A DNA stretch of 64,000 nt from Macrostomum lignano (Eukaryota): NCBI GenBank assembly GCA_002269645.1, contig NIVC01002675.1, positions 62,001 through 126,000 of the forward strand, read 5' to 3'. Shown here one piece after another: positions 1-11,615 of the stretch. How positions within the stretch are numbered: position 1 is the stretch's first letter; each line of letters begins with the position of its first letter. Under the pieces are notes generated by a model that worked only from the letters and a program-made list of their open reading frames with translations, did no database searches and was not told the origin of the DNA. Both the position numbers and the translations under genes were made by a program.

Positions 1-469
1 ACAAAATCTGAGAAGCCCCCGCAAGTTTCGACTCGAAAACTGCATTCCAAAACGGGCCTCCACGCGTGATCAGTAAGTACAAAATGAAGATCGGCAGCCC
101 CCGCCCCAGACATGGCGCTGGAAAATGGGGAAATGGGAAGACCTGCTCCCTGCATAGAGAGAGTCCACTGGCCGCCTCCTGGACCGCCTCCCTGCGTCCT
201 GGCACTTCAGCGAAGCGTGTTAATGCAAAGCTAAGCCCGGCTATAAGGAATTCCCGGGAGTCTGGGGGACGGGCACTTGCTCCCGGGCCGCCCCCGCCGC
301 CGCTCTGTTTAGCTCTCCGACTGTCAACTCGGCCGCTTTCTTGGCTAGCGCTGCTATATTACTCGATCTATCAGTCACTTGCTCACCCGGATCGGCTCTC
401 GCCATCTCTCTTCCTGCCCTGCCGCTGGGAGCTTAATATGAGCTGCGTGTACTCCAGCTGAGAGTGCTG

Positions 470-905
<436 letters not shown>

Positions 906-1350
906 AATATCTATGCATTACCTAGCCATTCATTATCAGCCGCTGCCATCACAATGAATAAATACAGCGAACATTGACCAAGACATTTTCCTCGACAGGC
1001 AAATGGCGGAGTGGAGGAGGAAGGCGAATGAGATGATGGCGATAGCCAGGGAGTCTGGGAAGCGGGGCGAGACGGGCGCTGGGTTGAGACAGCCCGAGGG
1101 GATATGGAGGGAGGCCCGGAGAAATGGAGAGCAGAGGCTGAACACTGGAGCCGAGTAGTATTTCTTCTCCCAATATCTTCTGCTCTAATCTACCTGAAAT
1201 GTCGCCAGTCCTTGGAGGGCGCAGCCGCTGACTGCATCGGAGAGTCCGAAACGGGTTGAGTTGTGCCATCTCGGGGAGAGGAGGGGCCGCGGTTGAAAAG
1301 CTGCGCATGAGCGCCGCTTTGTAGTAAATTGTCACCTCAGACACCTCAGT

Positions 1351-1612
1351 GTCGCCTCCTCAGTGTCACTCGCTCAGTGTCACTCGCTCAGTGTCACTCG
1401 CTCAGTGTCACTCGCTCAGTGTCACTCGCTCAGTGTCACTCGCTCAGTGTCACTCGCTCAGTGTCACTCGCTCAGTGTCACTCGCTCAGTGTCACTCGCT
1501 CAGTGTCACTCGCTCAGTGTCACTCGCTCAGTGTCACTCGCTCAGTGTCACTCGCTCAGTGTCACTCGCTCAGTGTCACTCGCTCAGTGTCACTCGCTCA
1601 GCGTCACCTCCT
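1351..1612. repeat. 14-bp minisatellite (CAGTGTCACTCGCT)n
   Basis: Direct tandem copies; explains repetitive ORFs 1329-1697. Confidence 0.95.
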
Positions 1613-1925
1613 CAGTGTTCTACTACATACACGTAATCTCGACCTCTGTCAAAGTAAAAATGTAAGCACTCTATGTATTAAAAAGAGACTTGAATAATTA
1701 TATCTCTGAAATTTGCGTCTCCCCAATGAAGACAGCCGACTGTTTAGAATGCAAGTAAGTAAGAGGGGGGCTGCTCACCTTGCCTTCTCTAGATCCTCTC
1801 CACCCTTCCTGTCTCTCACTCTCGCACTCGCTATCCGCCCCTGCTCACAGTGGGATAATCCTTCCCGGAATTTCTGCGAGCTCTTCGGGATTAAACCTCC
1901 ACCAGGGATTCCGACTTTGCAGCGC

Positions 1926-1930
<5 letters not shown>

Positions 1931-1998
<68 letters not shown>
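1931..1998. repeat. (CT)n microsatellite
   Basis: Direct reading. Confidence 0.97.
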
Positions 1999-2000
<2 letters not shown>

Positions 2001-2216
2001 GTCTCTGCAGTTCGCAACTGGCATTAGCTGAGCAAAATAGAGGTTCAGGGAGAAAAAGAGGCAAAACACAGTTGCCTGGGATGTGAAAGCCTTGGCGCTG
2101 AACTGCCAGGTCAGAGTCCCACCGCTTTTTTAAAGCAATTTTTGCTGCTTTTGCGTTCTTTATGGGGCTGAGTTGTTTGCTTTTGTACTAGTAGGCACAA
2201 CTTCCCATGTAAAAGA

Positions 2217-2520
2217 AAGCTGAGATAAGCATGACTTCTCATAGGAGAGAGAGCTGAGATAAGCATGACTTCTCATAGGAGAGAGAGCTGAGATAAGCAT
2301 GACTTCTCATAGGAGAGAGAGCTGAGATAAGCATGACTTCTCATAGGAGAGAGAGCTGAGATAAGCATGACTTCTCATAGGAGAGAGAGCTGAGATAAGC
2401 ATGACTTCTCATAGGAGAGAAAGCTGAGATAAGCATGACTTCTCATAGGAGAGAAAGCTGAGATAAGCATGACTTCTCATAGGAGAGAAAGCTGAGATAA
2501 GCATGACTTCTCATAGGAGA
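2217..2520. repeat. 34-bp minisatellite (GCTGAGATAAGCATGACTTCTCATAGGAGAGAGA)n, ~9 copies
   Basis: TGAGATAAG recurs at 2221, 2255 and onward (period 34); abuts the donor of the CUB exon. Confidence 0.95.
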
Positions 2521-2533
2521 GAGCGTCGCTCAC

Positions 2534-2753
2534 GTTGGCCCGAGGCCTTCGACGTTGAAGTTGACAAAGTCGAGCCGCACCCGCTGGCCTGGCGAGGCGG
2601 CGAGCCTGTAGCGGCAGCGCACGCTCTCCGGGTACGGCCGCGGCCAGCCCGGGCTGCTGATGAAGCCGTCAGCTGGCTGGCAGCTCGAGTTGCCGACGAA
2701 GCAGCTCTGGTTGGAGCCGCTGCGAATCACCAGGTCGCCCTGATCGCACCGGT
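2534..2753 (-). CDS. Internal exon encoding the N-terminal half of a CUB domain (parent gene unresolved)
   Basis: Translation RCDQGDLVIRSGSNQSCFVGNSSCQPADGFISSPGWPRPYPESVRCRYRLAASPGQRVRLDFVNFNVEG matches the CUB pattern G.I.SPgyP..Y....C.W.I....G.RV.L.F..F.lE. Acceptor ccccgcag| (phase 1), donor |gtgagc (phase 2), 220 nt. Confidence 0.85.
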
Positions 2754-2821
2754 CTGCGGGGAGAGGCGGAGAGCGCGACTCGAGTCACTATCGCGACTGC
2801 CACTCCTGGGTCTCTAATCGA

Positions 2822-3447
2822 TGAGTCACTCTCTGAGTAGTCACTCTCTGAGTAGTCACTCTCTGGGTAGTCACTCTCTGAGTAGTCACTCTCTGAGTAG
2901 TCACTCTCTGGGTAGTCACTCTCTGAGTAGTCACTCTCTGAGTAGTCACTCTCTGGGTAGTCACTCTCTGAGTAGTCACTCTCTGAGTAGTCACTCTCTG
3001 GGTAGTCACTCTCTGAGTAGTCACTCTCTGAGTAGTCACTCTCTGGGTAGTCACTCTCTGAGTAGTCACTCTCTGAGTAGTCACTCTCTGAGTAGTCACT
3101 CTCTGAGTAGTCACTCTCTGAGTAGTCACTCTCTGAGTAGTCACTCTCTGAGTAGTCACTCTCTGAGTAGTCACTCTCTGAGTAGTCACTCTCTGAGAAG
3201 TCACTCTCTGAGTAGTCACTCTCTGAATAGTCACTCTCTGAGTAGTCACTCTCTGAATAGTCACTCTCTGAGTAGTCACTCTCTGAGTAGTCACTCTCTG
3301 AGTAGTCACTCTCTGAGTAGTCACTCTCTGAGTAGTCACTCTCTGAGTAGTCACTCTCTGAGTAGTCACTCTCTGAGTAGACACTCTCTGAGTAGTCACT
3401 CTCTGAGTAGTCACTCTCTGAGTAGTCACTCTCTGAGTAGTCACTCT
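2822..3447. repeat. 15-bp minisatellite (AGTAGTCACTCTCTG)n, ~41 copies
   Basis: Direct tandem copies; explains ORFs 2788..3444 and 2821..3555. Confidence 0.96.
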
Positions 3448-4366
3448 GAAAGAGTCACTCCCATGACTGGTCGTCTGCGTGGCACCCGTACGGGTGACTT
3501 CTTTCGCGCCATCCCATTTTCCAGTTTTAATCTTGCAGCAACAAAAACTTTTTAAGTAGGTGTAAAAAAATCCCTAAAAAATATGTTCAGAAATCTGCAG
3601 TCTGTTTCTAAGAAATCGCACAGAAGCCGGCACGCAAAGGACGGCCGCAGCCGGCCCGGTCATTCCGAATTCATGACAGCTCGGCTTAGAAAAGAAACGA
3701 GAGGCCCCCCTGTTTTGCCAACAATTTAACTCCACCGCCAACCCCCCAAGTTCGATCCCCCGCTGCGAGGCCAGTCCAGCGGACCAAGTGCCCCGGCTCC
3801 CCTTGGCCAGTTAATTGAGGGGATATAGCCCCCACCCCCGCCAGTCCAGATCCGCGCCAAGCAGCTGATTGCATCAGAGAGAGATCACACTGACAGACAG
3901 GGGATCCGCAATTCCATAGTTTGGGGAATCTGTTTTCAACTCAGGGAGGTCCGGCCTCCCTGTCCCTCAATTCATCCCCTAACCGCCCTACGGGATAATC
4001 CTGCATGGGAGTTTATCCCCGCAGGCCCCGGGGGGTCAAATCCTCTCTTCTTTTCTTTCTGTCTTTCAGTTGCTGTTCGGGCCGAATCTTCTTACAGAAT
4101 CTTCAAGCTTTGGCGGAGGGCGACTAGCGGGGCCAAGTTGAGTTCATTCTGACGGCTGCTGACTTTGCCTTTTATTCCAGAAGGCTCTGAGCCCATGACC
4201 GCCCCCCAGCCATCTGTCACTTGGGGGCAGAGAGATTGAGACTCTTCTTCTAGTAGAGCAGGCAATTATCAGCTAGAGACCAGGTGAAAGCCAATTTCAT
4301 CATTGCGTGCATCGCTAGCGGCCATCTGGGCCCGCAATAACGACTGGGCAGATCGGGTTGTCATGA

Positions 4367-4494
4367 CGACCACAGGGAAGGGATCAATGACTAAAGGGAT
4401 ACAAGAGGTTAATCGATACCAGTTTGCTTGCGACCACAGGGAAGGGATCAATGACTAAAGGGATACAAGAGGTTAATCGATACCAGTTTGCTTG
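4367..4494. repeat. Perfect 64-bp tandem duplication
   Basis: CGACCACAGGGAAG...AGTTTGCTTG at 4367-4430 and again at 4431-4494. Confidence 0.9.
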
Positions 4495-4689
4495 CGAGCG
4501 CAAGAATGTCTCAGAAATATCGATTGAGACAGGGAATTATGTCTGACACTACAGAGACTTTGAGTGATGAGCGAATCGGGTCGCTTTACTTTATGCTGAG
4601 TCTTTGGCAAACTGGCACAATTATATTAATACATGCTTCTTGTGATGATGGCTTCTGGAGCTCTGCTTGCTGGTTTAATAATGGAGAGT

Positions 4690-5332
4690 GGGGGAAAGGG
4701 GAGAGGAGAAGGGGAGAGGAGAAGGGGAGAGGAGAAGGGGAGAGGAGAAGGGGAGAGGAGAAGGGGAGAAGAGAAGGGGAGAGGAGAAGGGGAGAGGAGA
4801 AGGGGAGAGGAGAAGGTGAGAGGAGAAGGGGAGAGGAGAAGGGGAGAAGAGAAGGGGAGAGGAGAAGGGGAGAGGAGAAGGGGAGAGGAGAAGGGGAGAA
4901 GAGAAGGTGAGAGGAGAAGGGGAGAGGAGAAGGGGAGAGGAGAAGGGGAGAGGAGAAGGTGAGAGGAGAAGGTGAGAGGAGAAGGGGAGAAGAGAAGGGG
5001 AGAGGAGAAGGGGAGAGGAGAAGGAGAGAGGAGAAGGGGAGAGAGGAAAAGGGGGAGAGTAGAAGGGAGAGAGGAGAAGGGGAGAGGAGAAGGGGGAGAG
5101 GAGAAGAGGAGAGGAGAAGGGGGAGAGTAGAAGGGAGAGAGGAGAAGGGGAGAGGAGAAGGGGAGAGGAGAAGGGGGAGAGTAGAAGGGAGAGAGGAGAA
5201 GGGGAGAGGAGAAGGGGAGAGGAGAAGGGGAGAGGAGAAGGGGAGAGGAGAAGGGGAGAGGAGAAGGGGGAGAGGAGAAGAGGAGAGGAGAAGGGGAGAG
5301 AAGGGGAGAGAGGAGAAGGGGAGAGGAGAAAG
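4690..5332. repeat. Polypurine ~13-bp minisatellite (GGGGAGAGGAGAA)n
   Basis: Almost purely A/G on the + strand; explains ORFs 4488-5694. Confidence 0.95.
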
Positions 5333-6254
5333 GCAGCAATAGTGTAACTCTCCAATTGTCTTCTCCGCAGGAACAAGATGGTAGAGAGCAGGAGAGGGGG
5401 AAAATGAGGGATAAAGCGACTGAGAGCAGGGCTCGCAGAGACAGGCGAGTTGATTGACAGAGGCGCGGCCGAGAGCTCATCACGCCGCGGGTTGGGTGGG
5501 GGTTGCAAGTGGCAAGCGAGCGACAAGATCGCGACGACAAGGCTCCGCCGCCGTGTATTAATATCGACCGGAGTCGCAGGACAGAAACACGGAGACAGAT
5601 AAGGGTGAACGGGAGGCTGGAGGCAGGTGCTGCTGGCTGGTTGGTTGCTGGGGGGGGGGGGGTAATCGATGGCCGGCTCCGAAGCTCCAGTCAAAGAAGT
5701 TTTTTATTATTGAAAAAAGCACAGCAGAGAGGCGGAGAGATAAGAGTGAGCAGGCTATTTTGGAAAGTGCGTCAATCTACCCCCCCCCTCAGTCTCAGCC
5801 TGCATCTCAGGGGTAGTGTGAGTGCAATCAGTGGGATCGGCCGGGGTAATCTCATTTTTCCCGCCCCAATCTCGAGAGCCCCCAGCCTGCCCAGCCTCCC
5901 GACTTCTGGCCGCCGGCGCAGGCAAACGGGCTGCTTGGCAAAAGCAACAAACTTCATGGCCGTGGGTCAGCCGGGCTCGGGAGGATGGGTGGGCGGGGGC
6001 ACTCGACAATGAGATTGGATCGATAATTCATCCAATTTGCTGCCGGGAACCCCCCGCCCACCACCAGTCCCCGGCCGAGCTGCGGTGTCAGATAGGTAAA
6101 AGGGCTCATGGGATCTAGTTGATGGGGGGATTCTGGAGAATAGAATCTCCTAAACTGGTCTCCCAATTGCCCAATCTGGGATTTTTGAGGCATTCTTGAA
6201 TTAGGGTTACCCTTCCACCATTGCCTCTGCTGTGATAATGCCTTCACTTCGGTA

Positions 6255-6990
6255 TTAGTTCTATCCACCTCTATCCACTGACTACGAGTGTCTGTATCCA
6301 CCTTTATCCACTTTTTATCCATGACTATTTGAATGTCTGTATCCACCTCTGTCCATCTCTATCCACCTCTATTCATGACTATTTGAATGTCTGTATCCAC
6401 CTCTGTCCACTGACTATTTGAGTGTCTGTATCCACCTCTATCTACTGACTATTTGAATGTCTGTATCCACCTCTATCCACTGACTATTTGAGTGTCTGTA
6501 TCCACCTCTGTCCATCTCAATCCACCTCTATTCATGACTATTTGAATGTCTGTATCCACCTCTGTCCACTGACTATTTGAGTGTCTGTATCCACCTCTAT
6601 CTACTGACTATTTGAATGTCTGTATCCACCTCTGTCCACTGACTATTTGAGTGTCTGTATCCACCTCTATCTACTGACTATTTGAATGTCTGTATCCACC
6701 TCTGTCCACTGACTATTTGAGTGTCTGTATCCACCTCTATCCACCTCTATCCATGGCTATTTGAGTGTCTGTATCCACCTCTATCTACTGACTATTTGAA
6801 TGTCTGTATCCACCTCTATCCACTGACTATTTGAGTGTCTGTATCCACCTGTATCCACCTCTATCCATGGCTATTTGAGTGTCTGTATCCACCTCTATCC
6901 ACCTCTATCCATGACTATTTGAGTGTCTGTATCCACCTCTATCCACCTCTATCCATGGCTATTTGAGTGTCTGTATCCACCTCTATCCAC
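6255..6990. repeat. Degenerate ~35-bp minisatellite (GACTATTTGAGTGTCTGTATCCACCTCTATCCACT)n
   Basis: Repeated TATCCACCTC and GACTATTTG cores with variable sub-units. Confidence 0.9.
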
Positions 6991-7539
6991 TTCCACCGTG
7001 TCCATGCCCGCAATTCAAACACTTATACATTTAGATTCGACTCTGCAGTGAGGAGAATTTGTTGAAAACCCGGCACCGGATATTCCATTAGGATTTCTTT
7101 CAAAAAAAACGTCGTTTTCACATGATTTTAACCTGCTTGCCTTCGGCCCCTGTTTCCGCAGCCCCCACCCGCCGGCAACCATCAGCTCGTCCATCAGTTG
7201 CGCAACCGAGGACTGACTTGCTCTGATGGAGCGCTTTGCAAGAAAAGCCACACTTCATTGCCACCTCACTACCTCTCTCCCACTTTCTCTCTCACTCAGG
7301 GCGCCTCCAATGATTGCATAATGGCCCATTGGCCACGCCTGATTTGCATGAGGAAATGGACTGGAGCCGCGGCAGCACTTCCAGTCTGCTTTGCCGCATT
7401 TCTCCTGTTCTTTTGTGTGCGGCCAAGCTTGAAGTAGGGGCTGCTGCCGCTTTTGGCTCTTGGCTGCAAGAACTCACACTTGGAGATCGAAATCTGCTGT
7501 GCTCATGTCGTTTCCAGATTATTGTCTTCTACGCATGCT

Positions 7540-8650
7540 GTGTCAGTCCCTGGATCTACTTTGTCGGTCAGTCCCTGGATCTACTTTGTCTGTCAGTCCC
7601 TGGATCTACTTTGTGTCAGTCTCTGGATCTACTTTGTCTGTCAGCCCCTGGATCTATTTTGTCTGTCAGCCCCTGGATCTACTTTGTCTGTCAGTCCCTG
7701 GATCTACTTTGTCTGTCAGGCGTCAGGATCTAACTTTTCTATCAGCCCCTGGATCTACTTTGTCTGTCAGTCCTTGGGTCTATTTTGTCTGTCAGCCCCT
7801 GGATCTACTTTGTCTGTCAGCCCCTGGATCTACTTTGTCTGTCAGCCCCTGGATCTACTTTGTCTGTCAGTCCCTGGATCTACTTTGTCGGTCAGTCCCT
7901 GGATCTACTTTGTCGGTCAGTCCCTGGATCTACTTTGTCTGTCAGCCCCTGGATCTACTTTGTCTGTCAGCCCCTGGATCTACTTTGTCTGTCAGTCCCT
8001 GGATCTACTTTGTCGGTCAGTCCCTGGATCTACTTTGTCTGTCAGCCCCTGGATCTACTTTGTCTGTCAGCCCCTGGATCTACTTTGTCGGTCAGTCCCT
8101 GGATCTACTTTGTCGGTCAGTCCCTGGATCTACTTTGTCGGTCAGTCCCCGGATCTACTTTGTCTGTCAGCCCCTGGATCTACTTTGTCTGTCAGCCCCT
8201 GGATCTACTTTGTCTGTCAGTCCCTGGATCTACTTTGTGTCAGTCTCTGGATCTACTTTGTCTGTCAGCCCCTGGATCTATTTTGTCTGTCAGCCCCTGG
8301 ATCTACTTTGTCTGTCAGTCCCTGGATCTACTTTGTCTGTCAGGCGTCAGGATCTAACTTTTCTATCAGCCCCTGGATCTACTTTGTCTGTCAGTCCTTG
8401 GGTCTATTTTGTCTGTCAGCCCCTGGATCTACTTTGTCTGTCAGTTCTTGGATCTACTTTGTCTGTCAGTCCCTGGATCTACTTTGTGTCAGTCTCTGGA
8501 TCTACTTTGTCTGTCAGCCCCTGGATCTACTTTGTCTGTCAGTCCCTGGATCTACTTTGTCTCAGTCTCTGGATCTACTTTGTCTGTCAGTCCCTGGATC
8601 TACTTTGTCTGTCAGTTCTTGGATCTACTTTGTCTGTCAGTTCCTGGATC
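7540..8650. repeat. 25-bp minisatellite (GTCAGTCCCTGGATCTACTTTGTCT)n with ~624-bp higher-order duplication
   Basis: GGATCT at 7801/7826/7851; variant CGTCAGGATCTAACTTTTCT at 7721 and 8345. Confidence 0.95.
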
Positions 8651-9504
8651 AAATCCTGCCACTCTTTAGATTTTCCTCTTGGTAGAAAAACGCCAGGTTC
8701 AATAGTTTTTTAGTTAAAAAAAACAATTTTCTGTACAGCTGCAATTTTTTTCTTTTCTACAGATGCTGAAAATGATGCACTCGTTGGCATTCGTTTCCAA
8801 ATTCGGCAAAAGAACTCCAAAGCTGTCCGCCTGCCAATTAGCAGATTCCTCTGTTCGCCTGGCTGTCTTGTCTTCAACTTTTCAAATAAAACCCATTTCG
8901 CAACGTGATGTGAAAATTCAATTTTTTATTTCAATTTTTTATTCAAAGACGTTTGCTTGTCCTCTGCCGAGCATCGGGGCATTGTCGAGGCCCGGGCCCA
9001 GCAGCACTGAGAATTAGGACCGGGCGGGGGGGGCGGAAAACGAGAGGCGAAGTCGGAAATCAGGGGGGGATTGGATGGGGAAGAGACGGAAGAGAGAGGG
9101 AATGAGGAAATGCTTGTCAGGCCTGGTAATTGGGACACTCGAGCGCAAGTGCATAGGGAGGGGCTCGAGCTGCAGCGACCCCGGCAGATGAGGGGATCTT
9201 AGGGCAGCGGAGAGAGGACGGGCAAGTCAAAAGTCGCCCAAACTGTGCGCTGGGATTTTTAGGAACGCCTGTCTGAGGACATGCGGCGAGATGGAGGGGA
9301 TGGGAGGGCAACAGTCGGCTGGGAAAGTGTGGAGGGGCTCTGGCGCAACCCAAACTGCACTTTCTGGCGCTGCTTTTCAGAGATTTACCCCGTCATTGTC
9401 CGATGACAGCTCAGGATGATGCACGGAGGTGGCAGCCTCCCCTTCATTGCCTTTCGGTTTAATACCTCTTTGATACTTCAGTAACTGACTCATTTACAGG
9501 CAAC

Positions 9505-11615
9505 GCCAAAATCATTCACAGATGGCGCCAAAATCATTCACAGAGGGCGCCAAAATCATTCACAGAGGGCGCCTAAATCGTTCACAGATAGCGCCAAAAT
9601 CATTCACAGATAGCGCCTAAATCATTCACAGATAGCGCCAAAATCATTCACAGATAGCGCCAAAATCATTCACAGATAGCGCCAAAATCATTCACAGATA
9701 GCGCCTAAATCATTCACAGATAGCGCCTAAATCATTCACAGATAGCGCCTAAATCATTCACAGAGGGCGCCAAAATCATTCACAGATAGTGCTAAAATCA
9801 TTCACAGATAGCGCCTAAATCATTCACAGATAGCGCCAAAATCATTCACAGATAGCGCCAAAATCATTCACAGATAGCGCCAAAATCATTCACAGATAGC
9901 GCCAAAATCATTCACAGATAGCGCCAAAATCATTCACAGATAGCGCCTAAATCATTCACAGATAGCGCCTAAATCATTCACAGAGGGCGCCAAAATCATT
10001 CACAGATAGTGCTAAAATCATTCACAGATAGCGCCTAAATCATTCATCATTCACAGATAGTGCTAAAATCATTCACAGATAGCGCCTAAATCATTCACAG
10101 ATAGTGCTAAAATCATTCACAGATAGCGCCAAAATCATTCATCATTCACAGATAGTGCCAAAATCATTCACAGATAGCGCCAAAATCATTCATCATTTAC
10201 AGATAGTGCCAAAATCATTCACAGATAGCGCCTAAATCATTCACAGATAGCACTAAAATCATTCACAGATAGCGCCAAAATCATTCATCATTCACAGATA
10301 GCGCCAAAATCATTCATCATTCACAGATAGTGCCAAAATCATTCACAGATAGCGCCAAAATCATTCACAGATAGCGCCAAAATCATTCACAGATAGCGCC
10401 AAAATCATTCACAGATAGCGCCTAAATCATTCACAGATAGCGCCTAAATCATTCACAGATAGCGCCAAAATCATTCATCATTCACAGATAGTGCCAAAAT
10501 CATTCACAGATAGCGCCAAAATCATTCACAGATAGCGCCTAAATCATTCACAGATAGCGCCTAAATCATTCACAGATAGCGCCAAAATCATTCACAGATA
10601 GCGCCAAAATCATTCACAGATAGCGCCAAAATCATTCACAGATAGCGCCAAAATCATTCACAGATAGCGCCAAAATCATTCACAGATAGCGCCTAAATCA
10701 TTCACAGATAACGCCTAAATCATTCACAGATAGCGCCAAAATCATTCATCATTCACAGATAGTGCCAAAATCATTCACAGATAGCGCCAAAATCATTCAC
10801 AGATAGCGCCTAAATCATTCACAGATAGCGCCTAAATCATTCACAGATAGCGCCAAAATCATTCATCATTCACAGATAGTGCCAAAATCATTCACAGATA
10901 GCGCCAAAATCATTCACAGATAGCGCCTAAATCATTCACAGATAGCGCCTAAATCATTCACAGATAGCGCCTAAATCATTCACAGATAGCGCCAAAATCA
11001 TTCACAGATAGTGCTAAAATCATTCACAGATAGCGCCTAAATCATTCACAGATAGCGCCAAAATCATTCATCATTCACAGATAGCGCCAAAATCATTCAT
11101 CATTCACAGATAGTGCCAAAATCATTCACAGATAGCGCCAAAATCATTCACAGATAGCGCCAAAATCATTCACAGATAGCGCCAAAATCATTCACAGATA
11201 GCGCCAAAATCATTCACAGATGGCGCCAAAATCATTCATCATTCGCAGATGGCGCCAAAATCATTCACAGATAGCGCCAAAATCATTCACAGAGGGCGCC
11301 AAAATCATTCACAGATAGTGCTAAAATCATTCACAGATAGCGCCTAAATCATTCACAGATAGCGCCAAAATCATTCACAGATAGCGCCAAAATCATTCAC
11401 AGATAGCGCCAAAATCATTCACAGATAGCGCCAAAATCATTCACAGATAGCGCCAAAATCATTCACAGATAGCGCCAAAATCATTCACAGATAGCGCCTA
11501 AATTATTCACAGATAGCGCCAAAATCATTCACAGATAGCGCCAAAATCATTCACAGATAGCGCCAAAATCATTCACAGATAGCGCCAAAATCATTCATCA
11601 TTCGCAGATGGCGCA
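9505..11615. repeat. 22-bp minisatellite (CGCCAAAATCATTCACAGATAG)n, ~2.1 kb
   Basis: Period 22 (9841/9863); variants with CCTAAA and a 7-bp ATCATTC duplication. Confidence 0.97.

Noticed and set aside
949-1344. ORF with faint CUB-like words (C...G.I, SPG.P.YP) or a TM-like stretch in the other frame
   Set aside because: No convincing acceptor in the required phase 2 and key CUB residues are missing.
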